From positions 3,430 through 67,429 of IMG/VR virus record IMGVR_UViG_3300032086_002413: a stretch of 64,000 bases of DNA, one strand, 5' to 3'. The notes beneath the pieces are model-generated. The model had not been told where the DNA came from. It did no database searches and saw nothing but the letters and a program-made list of their open reading frames with translations. Positions 31,583 to 40,307 of this stretch are shown one piece after another (position 1 is the stretch's first letter; each line of letters starts with the position of its first letter). The stretch comes from a virus. Position numbers and translations under genes: made by a program.

Positions 31583-34500
31583 CTTTTAATTGTTTTTCTA
31601 GGTTATTAACTTTGTTAGTAAGCTCTTTAACAGCTTCAATAAGTACTCCTGTGATTTTTTCATAATCAACAGTTTTTATTGATTCACCTTCAAGCATTTC
31701 TTTTTCGTGTACAATATCAGGTATAACTTTTTCTACTTCTTGTGCAACAACACCAATATCATGCTTTCCTTTTCTAGGCCCTGCATTCCAGTCAAATTCT
31801 ACACCCCTAAGTTTATTTACTGTTTCTAGTGCATTAGGTATTGTTGATATATTATCTTTTAATGATTCATCTGAAGTAACAGTGGTAGAAAATGCAACTA
31901 CATCACCTCTTGTAAGCAGCTCTCCATTTGCTTGTAATCTCATGTTAAGTTGAGCCGCAGATGATGATTCAGAATACCAGTTATGTACATCAGAAGATGT
32001 TATTTCATAGTAACCATTAGTATCTTGTCCTATTTTATTTATAACTCCTCTCTGATCGCTATCTACATCAAACTGAGTACCAGTTAATGTTAAACCACTA
32101 CCATCAGTATATGTCTGTGTTGCCGCTATTAAGTTAGCTTTTGTAATTTTTTTATGTAACGAAGCACTAGAATCATAAAATAATAACACATCTCCATCGC
32201 CTAAAGAAGTTTCAGCATTAAGAGCATTTATGTCTAATCCAATATTACCAGTACTTGTAACAGTACCAGTAAGACCTGTTTGAGTACCTACAGATGTTAC
32301 TGTACCTGTATTAGTTGTAAATCCGCTGTCGTTGTTAAACGCGGAAAGTTTTATTTCACTAGCTGCCTTTCGAGACTCTACATTGTTGTCTTGTAACACA
32401 AACTCTGTAGTACCTGATATATCAGCAGTCATATCAGTGAGCTCGTTAAAATCTAAAGCAAATGTTATTTCTTCATTTGCGTTTTGATCTGTAGTAAAAT
32501 CACCACCTCCTGACAACCCTGTACCAGCTGTAAGAGTTATTGTAGCATCGTTAGCAGCAGATGGTATTGTAGGTGTATTAGTAAAATTGCTATAATTTAA
32601 ATAATACGTTCCTTGGTAACCGTCTAAAGTATCAGCATCTAAACCATTACCTGTACCCTCGTCAGCTGTTGTAAGTATTTGTACCTCTGCACCAGCAAGA
32701 CCTGCATACCATTTATCTTGTGCTTCATTCCATATTAAAGATGCATCTGTACCAGTACTACCTCGTTCCACCTGTATACCACCGTCTGTACCAGTTGTAG
32801 CGTTTTTATTTAATAATATAATATTGTCATTAATTGTAACTGTTTCTGTGTTTACACTAGTTGTAGTACCATTAACTGTTAAATCACCTGTTACAGTTAA
32901 ACTACCAGCAGTAGTTACCGTAACATCTGTTGCATCACCTATTGTAAAGCTTTCTGTTATTTGTGGTAATCTAGCTGTTAAATTAGCTACTGAAACATCA
33001 TCGTTTGTATCTGTATTAGTAGTGAACGTAAGGTTACTTTGCATGTATGTTTTTAAAACATCTATATCCATGCGTTTTATAGTACCATCATCACTAACTA
33101 ATAATTCGTCAGTACTAGCTAAGCCACTTGTTAATGCAGTTTGACCTGATATAACATTATTGTTAAGCATAGAACCTTCAATAGCAGTACTAGCTATAGT
33201 TGTAGCAATACTAGTAGTTCCAGATCCTGTTATATCACCAGTAAGTGTTATTGTTTGATTTGCGGAAAGATAATTTTGACCTGTAACAAATTCATGTATT
33301 TGATCACCTGTAGCAAGAGCTAAAGAACCATCTGATATAGTACCAGTATTTATTGTAGTTGATGTTATACCTGTTACGTGACCATTGCTATCAAGAGTAA
33401 GATCTTGTATGTATGTAAGGCCAGAATTATCTGCTGATGTTGCACCTGATATATTAGGGTGAGATGATGCAATGGTAAAATTAGGATATGTACCTGTAAC
33501 AGATATGTTATCACCATTAGTAAAAGCTACTGTTTGATCAAAAAGATTTGTACTACCCTCTGTAATATTATCTGTAGTTAAAGTAATATTTTCAAATCTA
33601 CCGTCTGTAGCGTCGTACTGTAGTATTTGATTATTAGAAGGACTTGCTACGTGAACATCTGTTAAATCACTTAAATTAGAAGCCACGGAACTTCCTCCTA
33701 TTGAAACAGCAGCTAAGCTTCTAAACACACCAGCTGTTAATATTTTAGCCTGCCCACTATCATTTAAAGTAGTTGCGTTTCCTCTTACTATTAAAGCTCC
33801 TAAATAAATAGCTTGCTCCGCAGTATTATCAGCTTCAATAAATTCTTCTAACAGATATTCTTTTTCTGCAACTTCCATGCTGCTATAATGGGCTTTACCA
33901 TAATAAGCCACTATAACATTTGTAAATCCTGGAAAATAATATAATCTTTGAACTGTAAAATGACCGCTAGAAACTGTTGCAAGAGTTCCTGATCCATCGT
34001 CATATTTAGTAGGATCAATAGTAGCATACCCAGCGCCCGCATTAGAATCTTTTGTATGTCCAGTTGATCCGTCAGAATAATACCTATGTATTAAACTTTC
34101 AGTTTTAGCAGCATCTGAAACAATAGAGGGATTATTAGGATCTTGACCATAATTTCTTCCTTGTGCCCAAGAAACACCTGACGCTCTATCTAACTTTAAA
34201 TTTGTACCATTAGCAGTTAGCTTGTAACCAGACTTTTTTAATGCGCCAAATATTCTTGTAAATTCTTGTATTTGTTTTGTAGCACTATACGCTGTAACTG
34301 GAAAAGTTCTAACAAAATCAATAGTACTATTAGATGTTATTACAGAACCAATAATTATTTTATTAGATTGCTGTGCATCTGTAAATGTTGTTGCTTGTTG
34401 TTGAACTGAACCATTTTCATCTACGTATATCCAAGTATTGTTTTGAGATGTTGTGCTACTAGCATACTGTACTGAAATAGTCTGTTGTGCCCAAGAAATA

Positions 34501-36185
34501 TGCTTTATCTCAGGATGCGGTACAGTTGCGCTACTTTCTTTATTTAAGTCATTTATAATACCTGTACCCGCAGCTATAGTAAATTGTGTTGTATTAGCAA
34601 CAGATAAATTACCACCACTTGTAATACCAGTAGGCATATTTTCTGTAATATCATCTATTGCTACATCTTTATTATTATATCTAAAATGTAACACACCTGC
34701 TCCATCAACAGATTTAACATATACAGCATTATTAGTGTTAGGTGCATTTGACTGTGCTGTTGTAAAAGCTAAAACATCATCTACAGTTATGTTATCTGTT
34801 GTGGTATCACCTTGTACAATCAAATCATCAGTTACAGTAAGATCATCACCTATAGTTACATCATCAGGTAAACTAATAGTGAATGTTCTATTTTGTGAAA
34901 GATCTTGTGCTGTATTCGGAGTTACAGCTATTTCGTTAGCAGTGCCTGCAATAGTGATTGTAGTGTTTTGATCAAGTATAACAGGTTTATTCTGTATAAA
35001 AGAATCTGCATTTGTATCTGTTTCAGTCCAGTTGCTCTGTACATTCTGTTCTGCATTAGCACTTATACCACCAAGCTTTGATCTTTCAGCTGTAGTTATT
35101 ATAGCACCAGATCCAGCAGAAGTTACATCGTTTAATCCTGTTACACTATGATTACTTAAAACAGTTAAGTCTGTAGGTTTATTTTGTATAAAGTTATCTG
35201 CATTAGTAGTTGATTGATTCCAGTCTGATTGTACATTAACTTCTGCATTTGCTTCTATATTGTTAAGCTTGTTTAATAAAGCGTCTGTAAAATCATTTGC
35301 AGATAATTCTTTACCTGTAACTTTATCAACTTTACCATCTAACGCGGTTTGTAGCCCAGCAATATTACTTATGCTTAATGAATCTAAAGTTGCTTTATTT
35401 GCTTCTATATAATCTACAACTTCTTGTAATGAATCAAGATCAACATTATCTGATGTAAGTAAAGCATTTATTGTATTTATATGCCCATTAAGTATTTTAC
35501 CTTGCTCAGCTGATAAAGGCACAGCCGTGCCGCCAGAAGTAACATCGTTTACTATATCAGTATAAAGTATTCTGTCGTTAATTGTAGCTACACTAGTTCG
35601 CTCTGCGTCAGTAATTATCTGACCAGATCCAGCATGTGTAACATCATTTAATTCAGTTACAGAAAATGAGTTTAGGTTTTTTAAATTATTACCAAGTGTA
35701 GAAATGTAATATTCAGCATCTTTTGTAAGAAGACCAGATGCGTCTTGTACTGATACAGAAAGTATTTTATATGTGCCATCAAGTGAATCAGTAACACTAT
35801 CAACACGATATATACCAAAATTATTTGTATCACCTTTTTGTGTAATTCTTACATCATAACCAGCAAGTACATCAATGTACTCTGCTACTGATTTGTTTTG
35901 TAAGTTTTTTGTAGATAAATAAAGGGTTTGTATAACAGAAAAATCGGTACTTGTATAAGCACCTGTTCCGGTTGTAATTATACCGAATTGATCACTATCA
36001 ATATTATGATCTTGTGCTTTAAAAACAATACCATCAAACTGTTTAATAAAGTTTTCAGCATTAGCCAGCTCTAATAAGCTTTCTATAGAAAAGTTTTTTG
36101 TTACATTGTCACCAGAGTTAGATCCAATAACTTTGTCGTTCAAATTTAGATCAGCATCTTGATCATATGTAAATATTCTTGCCAT
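31569..36185 (-). CDS. Tail fibre with C-terminal peptidase S74 intramolecular chaperone
   Basis: SDESLKDNI...LRGVEFDW...GVVAQEVEKV...VDYEK...LIEAVKEL; Thr/Gly/Asp-rich fibre repeats. Confidence 0.85.
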   Translation of the reverse strand: MARIFTYDQDADLNLNDKVIGSNSGDNVTKNFSIESLLELANAENFIKQFDGIVFKAQDHNIDSDQFGIITTGTGAYTSTDFSVIQTLYLSTKNLQNKSVAEYIDVLAGYDVRITQKGDTNNFGIYRVDSVTDSLDGTYKILSVSVQDASGLLTKDAEYYISTLGNNLKNLNSFSVTELNDVTHAGSGQIITDAERTSVATINDRILYTDIVNDVTSGGTAVPLSAEQGKILNGHINTINALLTSDNVDLDSLQEVVDYIEANKATLDSLSISNIAGLQTALDGKVDKVTGKELSANDFTDALLNKLNNIEANAEVNVQSDWNQSTTNADNFIQNKPTDLTVLSNHSVTGLNDVTSAGSGAIITTAERSKLGGISANAEQNVQSNWTETDTNADSFIQNKPVILDQNTTITIAGTANEIAVTPNTAQDLSQNRTFTISLPDDVTIGDDLTVTDDLIVQGDTTTDNITVDDVLAFTTAQSNAPNTNNAVYVKSVDGAGVLHFRYNNKDVAIDDITENMPTGITSGGNLSVANTTQFTIAAGTGIINDLNKESSATVPHPEIKHISWAQQTISVQYASSTTSQNNTWIYVDENGSVQQQATTFTDAQQSNKIIIGSVITSNSTIDFVRTFPVTAYSATKQIQEFTRIFGALKKSGYKLTANGTNLKLDRASGVSWAQGRNYGQDPNNPSIVSDAAKTESLIHRYYSDGSTGHTKDSNAGAGYATIDPTKYDDGSGTLATVSSGHFTVQRLYYFPGFTNVIVAYYGKAHYSSMEVAEKEYLLEEFIEADNTAEQAIYLGALIVRGNATTLNDSGQAKILTAGVFRSLAAVSIGGSSVASNLSDLTDVHVASPSNNQILQYDATDGRFENITLTTDNITEGSTNLFDQTVAFTNGDNISVTGTYPNFTIASSHPNISGATSADNSGLTYIQDLTLDSNGHVTGITSTTINTGTISDGSLALATGDQIHEFVTGQNYLSANQTITLTGDITGSGTTSIATTIASTAIEGSMLNNNVISGQTALTSGLASTDELLVSDDGTIKRMDIDVLKTYMQSNLTFTTNTDTNDDVSVANLTARLPQITESFTIGDATDVTVTTAGSLTVTGDLTVNGTTTSVNTETVTINDNIILLNKNATTGTDGGIQVERGSTGTDASLIWNEAQDKWYAGLAGAEVQILTTADEGTGNGLDADTLDGYQGTYYLNYSNFTNTPTIPSAANDATITLTAGTGLSGGGDFTTDQNANEEITFALDFNELTDMTADISGTTEFVLQDNNVESRKAASEIKLSAFNNDSGFTTNTGTVTSVGTQTGLTGTVTSTGNIGLDINALNAETSLGDGDVLLFYDSSASLHKKITKANLIAATQTYTDGSGLTLTGTQFDVDSDQRGVINKIGQDTNGYYEITSSDVHNWYSESSSAAQLNMRLQANGELLTRGDVVAFSTTVTSDESLKDNISTIPNALETVNKLRGVEFDWNAGPRKGKHDIGVVAQEVEKVIPDIVHEKEMLEGESIKTVDYEKITGVLIEAVKELTNKVNNLEKQLKDANS

Positions 36186-36187
36186 TT

Positions 36188-36601
36188 TTATTTATGTTTA
36201 TTGTTTCCGAACACCTTTTCTACGCCGCGTGAACCAAAATAGCCTCCAATAACGATTGTTAAAAGCCCGGTAATATCATCTAAAGGATAACCCATGTACC
36301 AACCAGATACATAACTAATTACTAAAAATACTAAAGTTAAAGGCCGCACATTAGCCGCAAGCCACGAACCTGATCTAGCGTCAGCAACCCAACGTCTTGT
36401 TGTGCCATCTATCTCTGCTCTTTCAAGTTCTAATTTTTTTAATGCTATTTCTTTATCAGCATCACTCATATCACTGCCGCCAATAATAGCTTCAATAACA
36501 GAACCAACAGGTGTATCGCCAGCTATTTTGCCGACGATATTAGGAATTTTATCAAGAAGAAATTTTCCTACACCAGTGTCCTTAAACTTTTTTTTACTCA
36601 C
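36188..36601 (-). CDS. Holin (3TM-holin-like)
   Basis: RWVADARSGSWLAANVRP motif, two hydrophobic helices, GGYFGSRGVEK; near endolysin. Confidence 0.7.
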   Translation of the reverse strand: MSKKKFKDTGVGKFLLDKIPNIVGKIAGDTPVGSVIEAIIGGSDMSDADKEIALKKLELERAEIDGTTRRWVADARSGSWLAANVRPLTLVFLVISYVSGWYMGYPLDDITGLLTIVIGGYFGSRGVEKVFGNNKHK

Positions 36602-36602
36602 T

Positions 36603-36776
36603 TTATTTTTTCTTTTTAAGTGACTCTAATTCTGATTTTAAATCTTGAAATTTATCTTCAAGTATGTCTGCAATACCGTCACCATCTCTATCTTTAAGTA
36701 CCTTAGTTGCAACTAAAACACAAAAAATTACAGCGATAAATAACAATATTGATAAAATAATAATTATAGTTTCCAT
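36603..36776 (-). CDS. Small membrane protein (57 aa; lysis accessory?)
   Basis: Read manually: METIIIILSILLFIAVIFCVLVATKVLKDRDGDGIADILED...; one N-terminal TM helix. Confidence 0.6.
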   Translation of the reverse strand: METIIIILSILLFIAVIFCVLVATKVLKDRDGDGIADILEDKFQDLKSELESLKKKK

Positions 36777-36790
36777 TTTTCAATTTACGA

Positions 36791-37111
36791 TTAACAGTTC
36801 CATCTTCTTCTAGCGGCTCGTCCGCGTTCGCCCGTCCATCCTTTTGATCTTGCACAAAACGATTTTCTTCTTTTTGCAGCTTTACTGCCAGGTTTAAGCT
36901 TACTAGGCGGGGTTGTTACCGCTGTTTGTAGTTTGCTACCAGGATTCTTACTTTTATACTCATCAACACCTCTTTGTGTCATACCACCACCAGCAGCTGC
37001 GCCCGTACCAGTTGGGTTTGCTTTATTAAAATTTTTACCAGGACCAATAGTACGTCTAGGTTCAGCTTTCTTAAATGGTGCATTTGCTGCAAATGGAAGT
37101 GGTCTACTCAT
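36791..37111 (-). CDS. Small basic protein (RRKSFCAR motif)
   Basis: Lys/Arg/Gly-rich, AAKRRKSFCARSKGW motif common in phage virion modules. Confidence 0.6.
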   Translation of the reverse strand: MSRPLPFAANAPFKKAEPRRTIGPGKNFNKANPTGTGAAAGGGMTQRGVDEYKSKNPGSKLQTAVTTPPSKLKPGSKAAKRRKSFCARSKGWTGERGRAARRRWNC

Positions 37112-37574
37112 CGTAATAAGAATATGTTGTTTTACCGTTTATTTTTTCAGCCTTAAGTACTTCACCTCTGTTTTCTTCTTCTTGTCTAAAACTAACATGT
37201 ACCCAAGCTGGATTATGCTCTGATCCAAACTCCCAGATAAGTTTATCAAAGTCTAAATTATATCTTATATAATCAAACATCTCTTTGTTTGTGGCATTAC
37301 CTAGTACGTCATCTAAATCAATAGCTTGGCCTAAGCAATGTTGTGAACGTGTGCTTCCACCTATAGCTTTATTTAACTCAGGACTTCTATAGAAACTAGT
37401 TATATATATAGGACCGCCAACAAAGTTTCTAAGTGGCTCAAATATGTTTTCAGCCAAAGCTTGCATATTAACAAGCGTAGGGCTGTCTGGAAAATTTTCA
37501 ATACCTAACCTTTCTGCGGTATTAGATTTAATTGCCTCTTTTAATGATATATGATCGCTAATAACGAACTTCAT
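37104..37574 (-). CDS. Endolysin, peptidase M15 family
   Basis: SFYRSPELNKAIGG...SQH-x6-D...WVHVS zinc-binding motifs. Confidence 0.85.
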   Translation of the reverse strand: MKFVISDHISLKEAIKSNTAERLGIENFPDSPTLVNMQALAENIFEPLRNFVGGPIYITSFYRSPELNKAIGGSTRSQHCLGQAIDLDDVLGNATNKEMFDYIRYNLDFDKLIWEFGSEHNPAWVHVSFRQEEENRGEVLKAEKINGKTTYSYYDE

Positions 37575-37725
37575 TACTACGTTTTATTTTTTTACCACCT
37601 CTCATTTTACAACCACAACCTTGAGCGATTGGCATCATACAAGATGGACAAATTGGATGTGGCGCTTTCTTTTGTGCGTGCGCTATTTTTGTAATCGGTA
37701 TAGCCGTAGGCCCTGCTTTTCCCAT
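37558..37725 (-). CDS. Small basic Cys-rich protein (55 aa)
   Basis: Read manually: MGKAGPTAIPITKIAHAQKKAPHPICPSCMMPIAQGCGCKMRGGKK...; fills the operon gap. Confidence 0.55.
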   Translation of the reverse strand: MGKAGPTAIPITKIAHAQKKAPHPICPSCMMPIAQGCGCKMRGGKKIKRSNEVRY

Positions 37726-37728
37726 AAT

Positions 37729-38052
37729 TTATTTTTTTAATTGTTTTTTATACGCTTCTTTTTCCCAAGCTAATTTCTTTGATCCTTCTTTCATTAAAAC
37801 TCTTGGGTGTTTCTGACCTTTCCAATAAACGTTATTTTCATCATAAGAAAGATCTCCTCTTATAATTTGATCTCTATGAACTCTTTCATGGCTTTCAGCT
37901 ATATCTTTTTTCTTCTTAGAAAGCTTTGAATTAATTACAATTGTACCGTCATTCAGAGTAACGCCTTCAGCTTTACCCATATCACTGCTTTCTGTAACTA
38001 AACCATGATCCATTATTAATCTCTTAATATTGGTTTTCATTTTATATCCCAT
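37729..38052 (-). CDS. Small HExxH metallopeptidase-like protein
   Basis: GTIVIN...AESHERVH...WEKEAY zincin-like pattern. Confidence 0.5.
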   Translation of the reverse strand: MGYKMKTNIKRLIMDHGLVTESSDMGKAEGVTLNDGTIVINSKLSKKKKDIAESHERVHRDQIIRGDLSYDENNVYWKGQKHPRVLMKEGSKKLAWEKEAYKKQLKK

Positions 38053-38477
38053 TATCTTGTATTGTCTTTATTCATATAATCTAAAGCGGTACTCATTACC
38101 TTTGAAGTGTAAGAATCTTGTTCTTTTAAATGCTGTAAATCTTCTTGGCCTAACAGCACTTTGTAAAGTCTATTTATCATTAACTTACACTTAGTACTAA
38201 CCTTGTACGTATTATATTTAACGGTAGTTCTATTTCTTTTGCTATACACAACTATCCAACCGTCTCTGACTAAACGCTCCCATCTATGTTTATCCCACGA
38301 GTAAACGTATGTGCCATTTATATAGTCTTGCCTTGAAAATATACCTATACAATCAAAATATATCAAAAGCTCAAGGTCGGCTTCCATTATATCATAATTT
38401 TTACAAAACCACTTTCTAGCTAACCTATAGTATTTAAATATTTTAAGCTCACGTATATCGTTTGCCTCTATCCTCAT
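38052..38477 (-). CDS. Hypothetical protein, possible winged-helix
   Basis: 141 aa; RLVRDGWIVVY...YKVSTKCK wing-like pattern. Confidence 0.45.
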   Translation of the reverse strand: MRIEANDIRELKIFKYYRLARKWFCKNYDIMEADLELLIYFDCIGIFSRQDYINGTYVYSWDKHRWERLVRDGWIVVYSKRNRTTVKYNTYKVSTKCKLMINRLYKVLLGQEDLQHLKEQDSYTSKVMSTALDYMNKDNTR

Positions 38478-38734
38478 AATACAGCAATGACATCTTGTTC
38501 TTTAATTACATGAAAAAATTCATCATTGAACTCTATGCCATACCCAGCATGTTTGTCGTAGTATATTTCATTTTCAGGTTCTAAACCCTCAATAAGATTA
38601 CCTACCGATATAACTTTTGCTTTTCTATATCTAACATCTTCTTGATGTTTTTCATTAAGTATTAAACCACTTTTATTTGGTTTAACCTCTTCTTTTATAC
38701 GACTAATTATTATGTACTTATTTACAGCTTTCAT
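38474..38734 (-). CDS. groES: Co-chaperonin GroES
   Basis: Start MKAVNKYIII at 38734; mobile loop KSGLIL, AKVISVG, IKEQDVIAVL; adjacent to GroEL. Confidence 0.85.
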   Translation of the reverse strand: MKAVNKYIIISRIKEEVKPNKSGLILNEKHQEDVRYRKAKVISVGNLIEGLEPENEIYYDKHAGYGIEFNDEFFHVIKEQDVIAVL

Positions 38735-40284
38735 TGTTCTCTCACGTTTGAAATTACACAATCAGCTGACATAATAGTAGTTGCCACGCTTACAGCGTTT
38801 GTTAAGGCTGTTTTAGTTACAAGAACAGGATCTATAATTCCTGCTTTAACCATATTTACGTCTTTGCCAGAAACAACGTCTAAACCAACACCTTTTCTGT
38901 TTGGATAAACTTCAGCTATATTAGCATTTTTTAGTATAGTTAGATAAGGTGATTTAACAGCATCAAGAAGCAACTGATCCTCTTTGTTCTTTGGTGTTAT
39001 ACTTATTGCTGCGTTTAACAGTGCAACTCCTCCACCTGGTACAATACCTTCTTTTAATGCTGCTTTTACAGCGTATATGGCATCTTCAATTCGGTCTTTC
39101 TTTTCTTTTAATTCAATCTTTGAATCAGCACCTACTTTAATAATACCAACCGAGCCGGAAAGCATAGCTCTTCGCTGTTCTAATTTCTTTTTTAAATATG
39201 GATTTTGCTCTTCATCTAGTCTTTCTTCTATTTGTAAAATCCTATCTTTAATCTCTTGTGTTTGCTCACCAACAGTTATAACAGTGTTGTTATCATCCGT
39301 TACTGCTTTTACAGCTTCGCCTAAAAATGTTTCATCTATTAAATCTAAATCGTCTCCTAAATCTTCATTAATAACTCTAGCACCGGTTATAATAGATAAA
39401 TCTTCAAGCATATCTTTTTTAATAGTAGAAAAACCAGGAGAATCTATAATGTTGACTTTTATATTACCCTTTGCTTTATTCATAACTAAAGCACTCATTG
39501 GTTGAGCAGCAACATTACCTACTATCAATATAGCTCTATCATTTTTTATAGCGTACTCTAAAACACTTTGTATTCTTCTTATACTATTTATCTCTGACTC
39601 AATCAAAAGTATAAGTGGGTTTTGTAATTCACATTTCCCTTTTTCAGTGTTAGTAACAAAGTGTGGTGATTTTAAACCTGAATCAAACTGCACTCCATCT
39701 ACGATTTCAACGTACGTTTTATCATCGTCAGATTCTTCCATCAGAACCACACCATTCTTACCAACTTTATTGTAAGCATCGGCTATTATACAACCTAATA
39801 CAGTATCATTGTTTGTAGATATTCTAGCTACGTTTTCTAGCATTTTATCTTTAACAGATATAGAATTTTTTTCAAGGTATTTTAATATTTTATCTTTTAT
39901 ATTAAAAATACTATTTTTTACATCCCTTAAACTTATATCCTTATATTTAGAATAATACTGATTAAGTATAGCGTGAGCTAAAACAGTTGAGGTCGTAGTA
40001 CCATCACCTGCTTCTTTAACGGTGTTTTGTGCTGCTTCTTTTATTAATGTAGCTCCAATGTTTTCAACTGGATCCATCAATATAACACTTTGTGCAACAG
40101 TAACACCATCTTTAGTAATTATAGGTCTTCCAAGCCCGTCTTCGTATATAACACACTTTCCTGAAGCACCTAATGTTGATGATACCGCGGAGTTTAGTTT
40201 ATCTACTCCACGCATGATTTTAGTTTGAGCATTATCGCTAAAGGTTAAATCCTTTACGATTTCACTCGGTTGATTAAATTCCAT
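38731..40284 (-). CDS. groEL: Chaperonin GroEL
   Basis: ITKDGVTVA, AGDGTTT, GIVPGGG, GIIDP motifs. Confidence 0.95.
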   Translation of the reverse strand: MEFNQPSEIVKDLTFSDNAQTKIMRGVDKLNSAVSSTLGASGKCVIYEDGLGRPIITKDGVTVAQSVILMDPVENIGATLIKEAAQNTVKEAGDGTTTSTVLAHAILNQYYSKYKDISLRDVKNSIFNIKDKILKYLEKNSISVKDKMLENVARISTNNDTVLGCIIADAYNKVGKNGVVLMEESDDDKTYVEIVDGVQFDSGLKSPHFVTNTEKGKCELQNPLILLIESEINSIRRIQSVLEYAIKNDRAILIVGNVAAQPMSALVMNKAKGNIKVNIIDSPGFSTIKKDMLEDLSIITGARVINEDLGDDLDLIDETFLGEAVKAVTDDNNTVITVGEQTQEIKDRILQIEERLDEEQNPYLKKKLEQRRAMLSGSVGIIKVGADSKIELKEKKDRIEDAIYAVKAALKEGIVPGGGVALLNAAISITPKNKEDQLLLDAVKSPYLTILKNANIAEVYPNRKGVGLDVVSGKDVNMVKAGIIDPVLVTKTALTNAVSVATTIMSADCVISNVREQ

Positions 40285-40307
40285 AAAATTATATTTATTT
40301 GACTATA

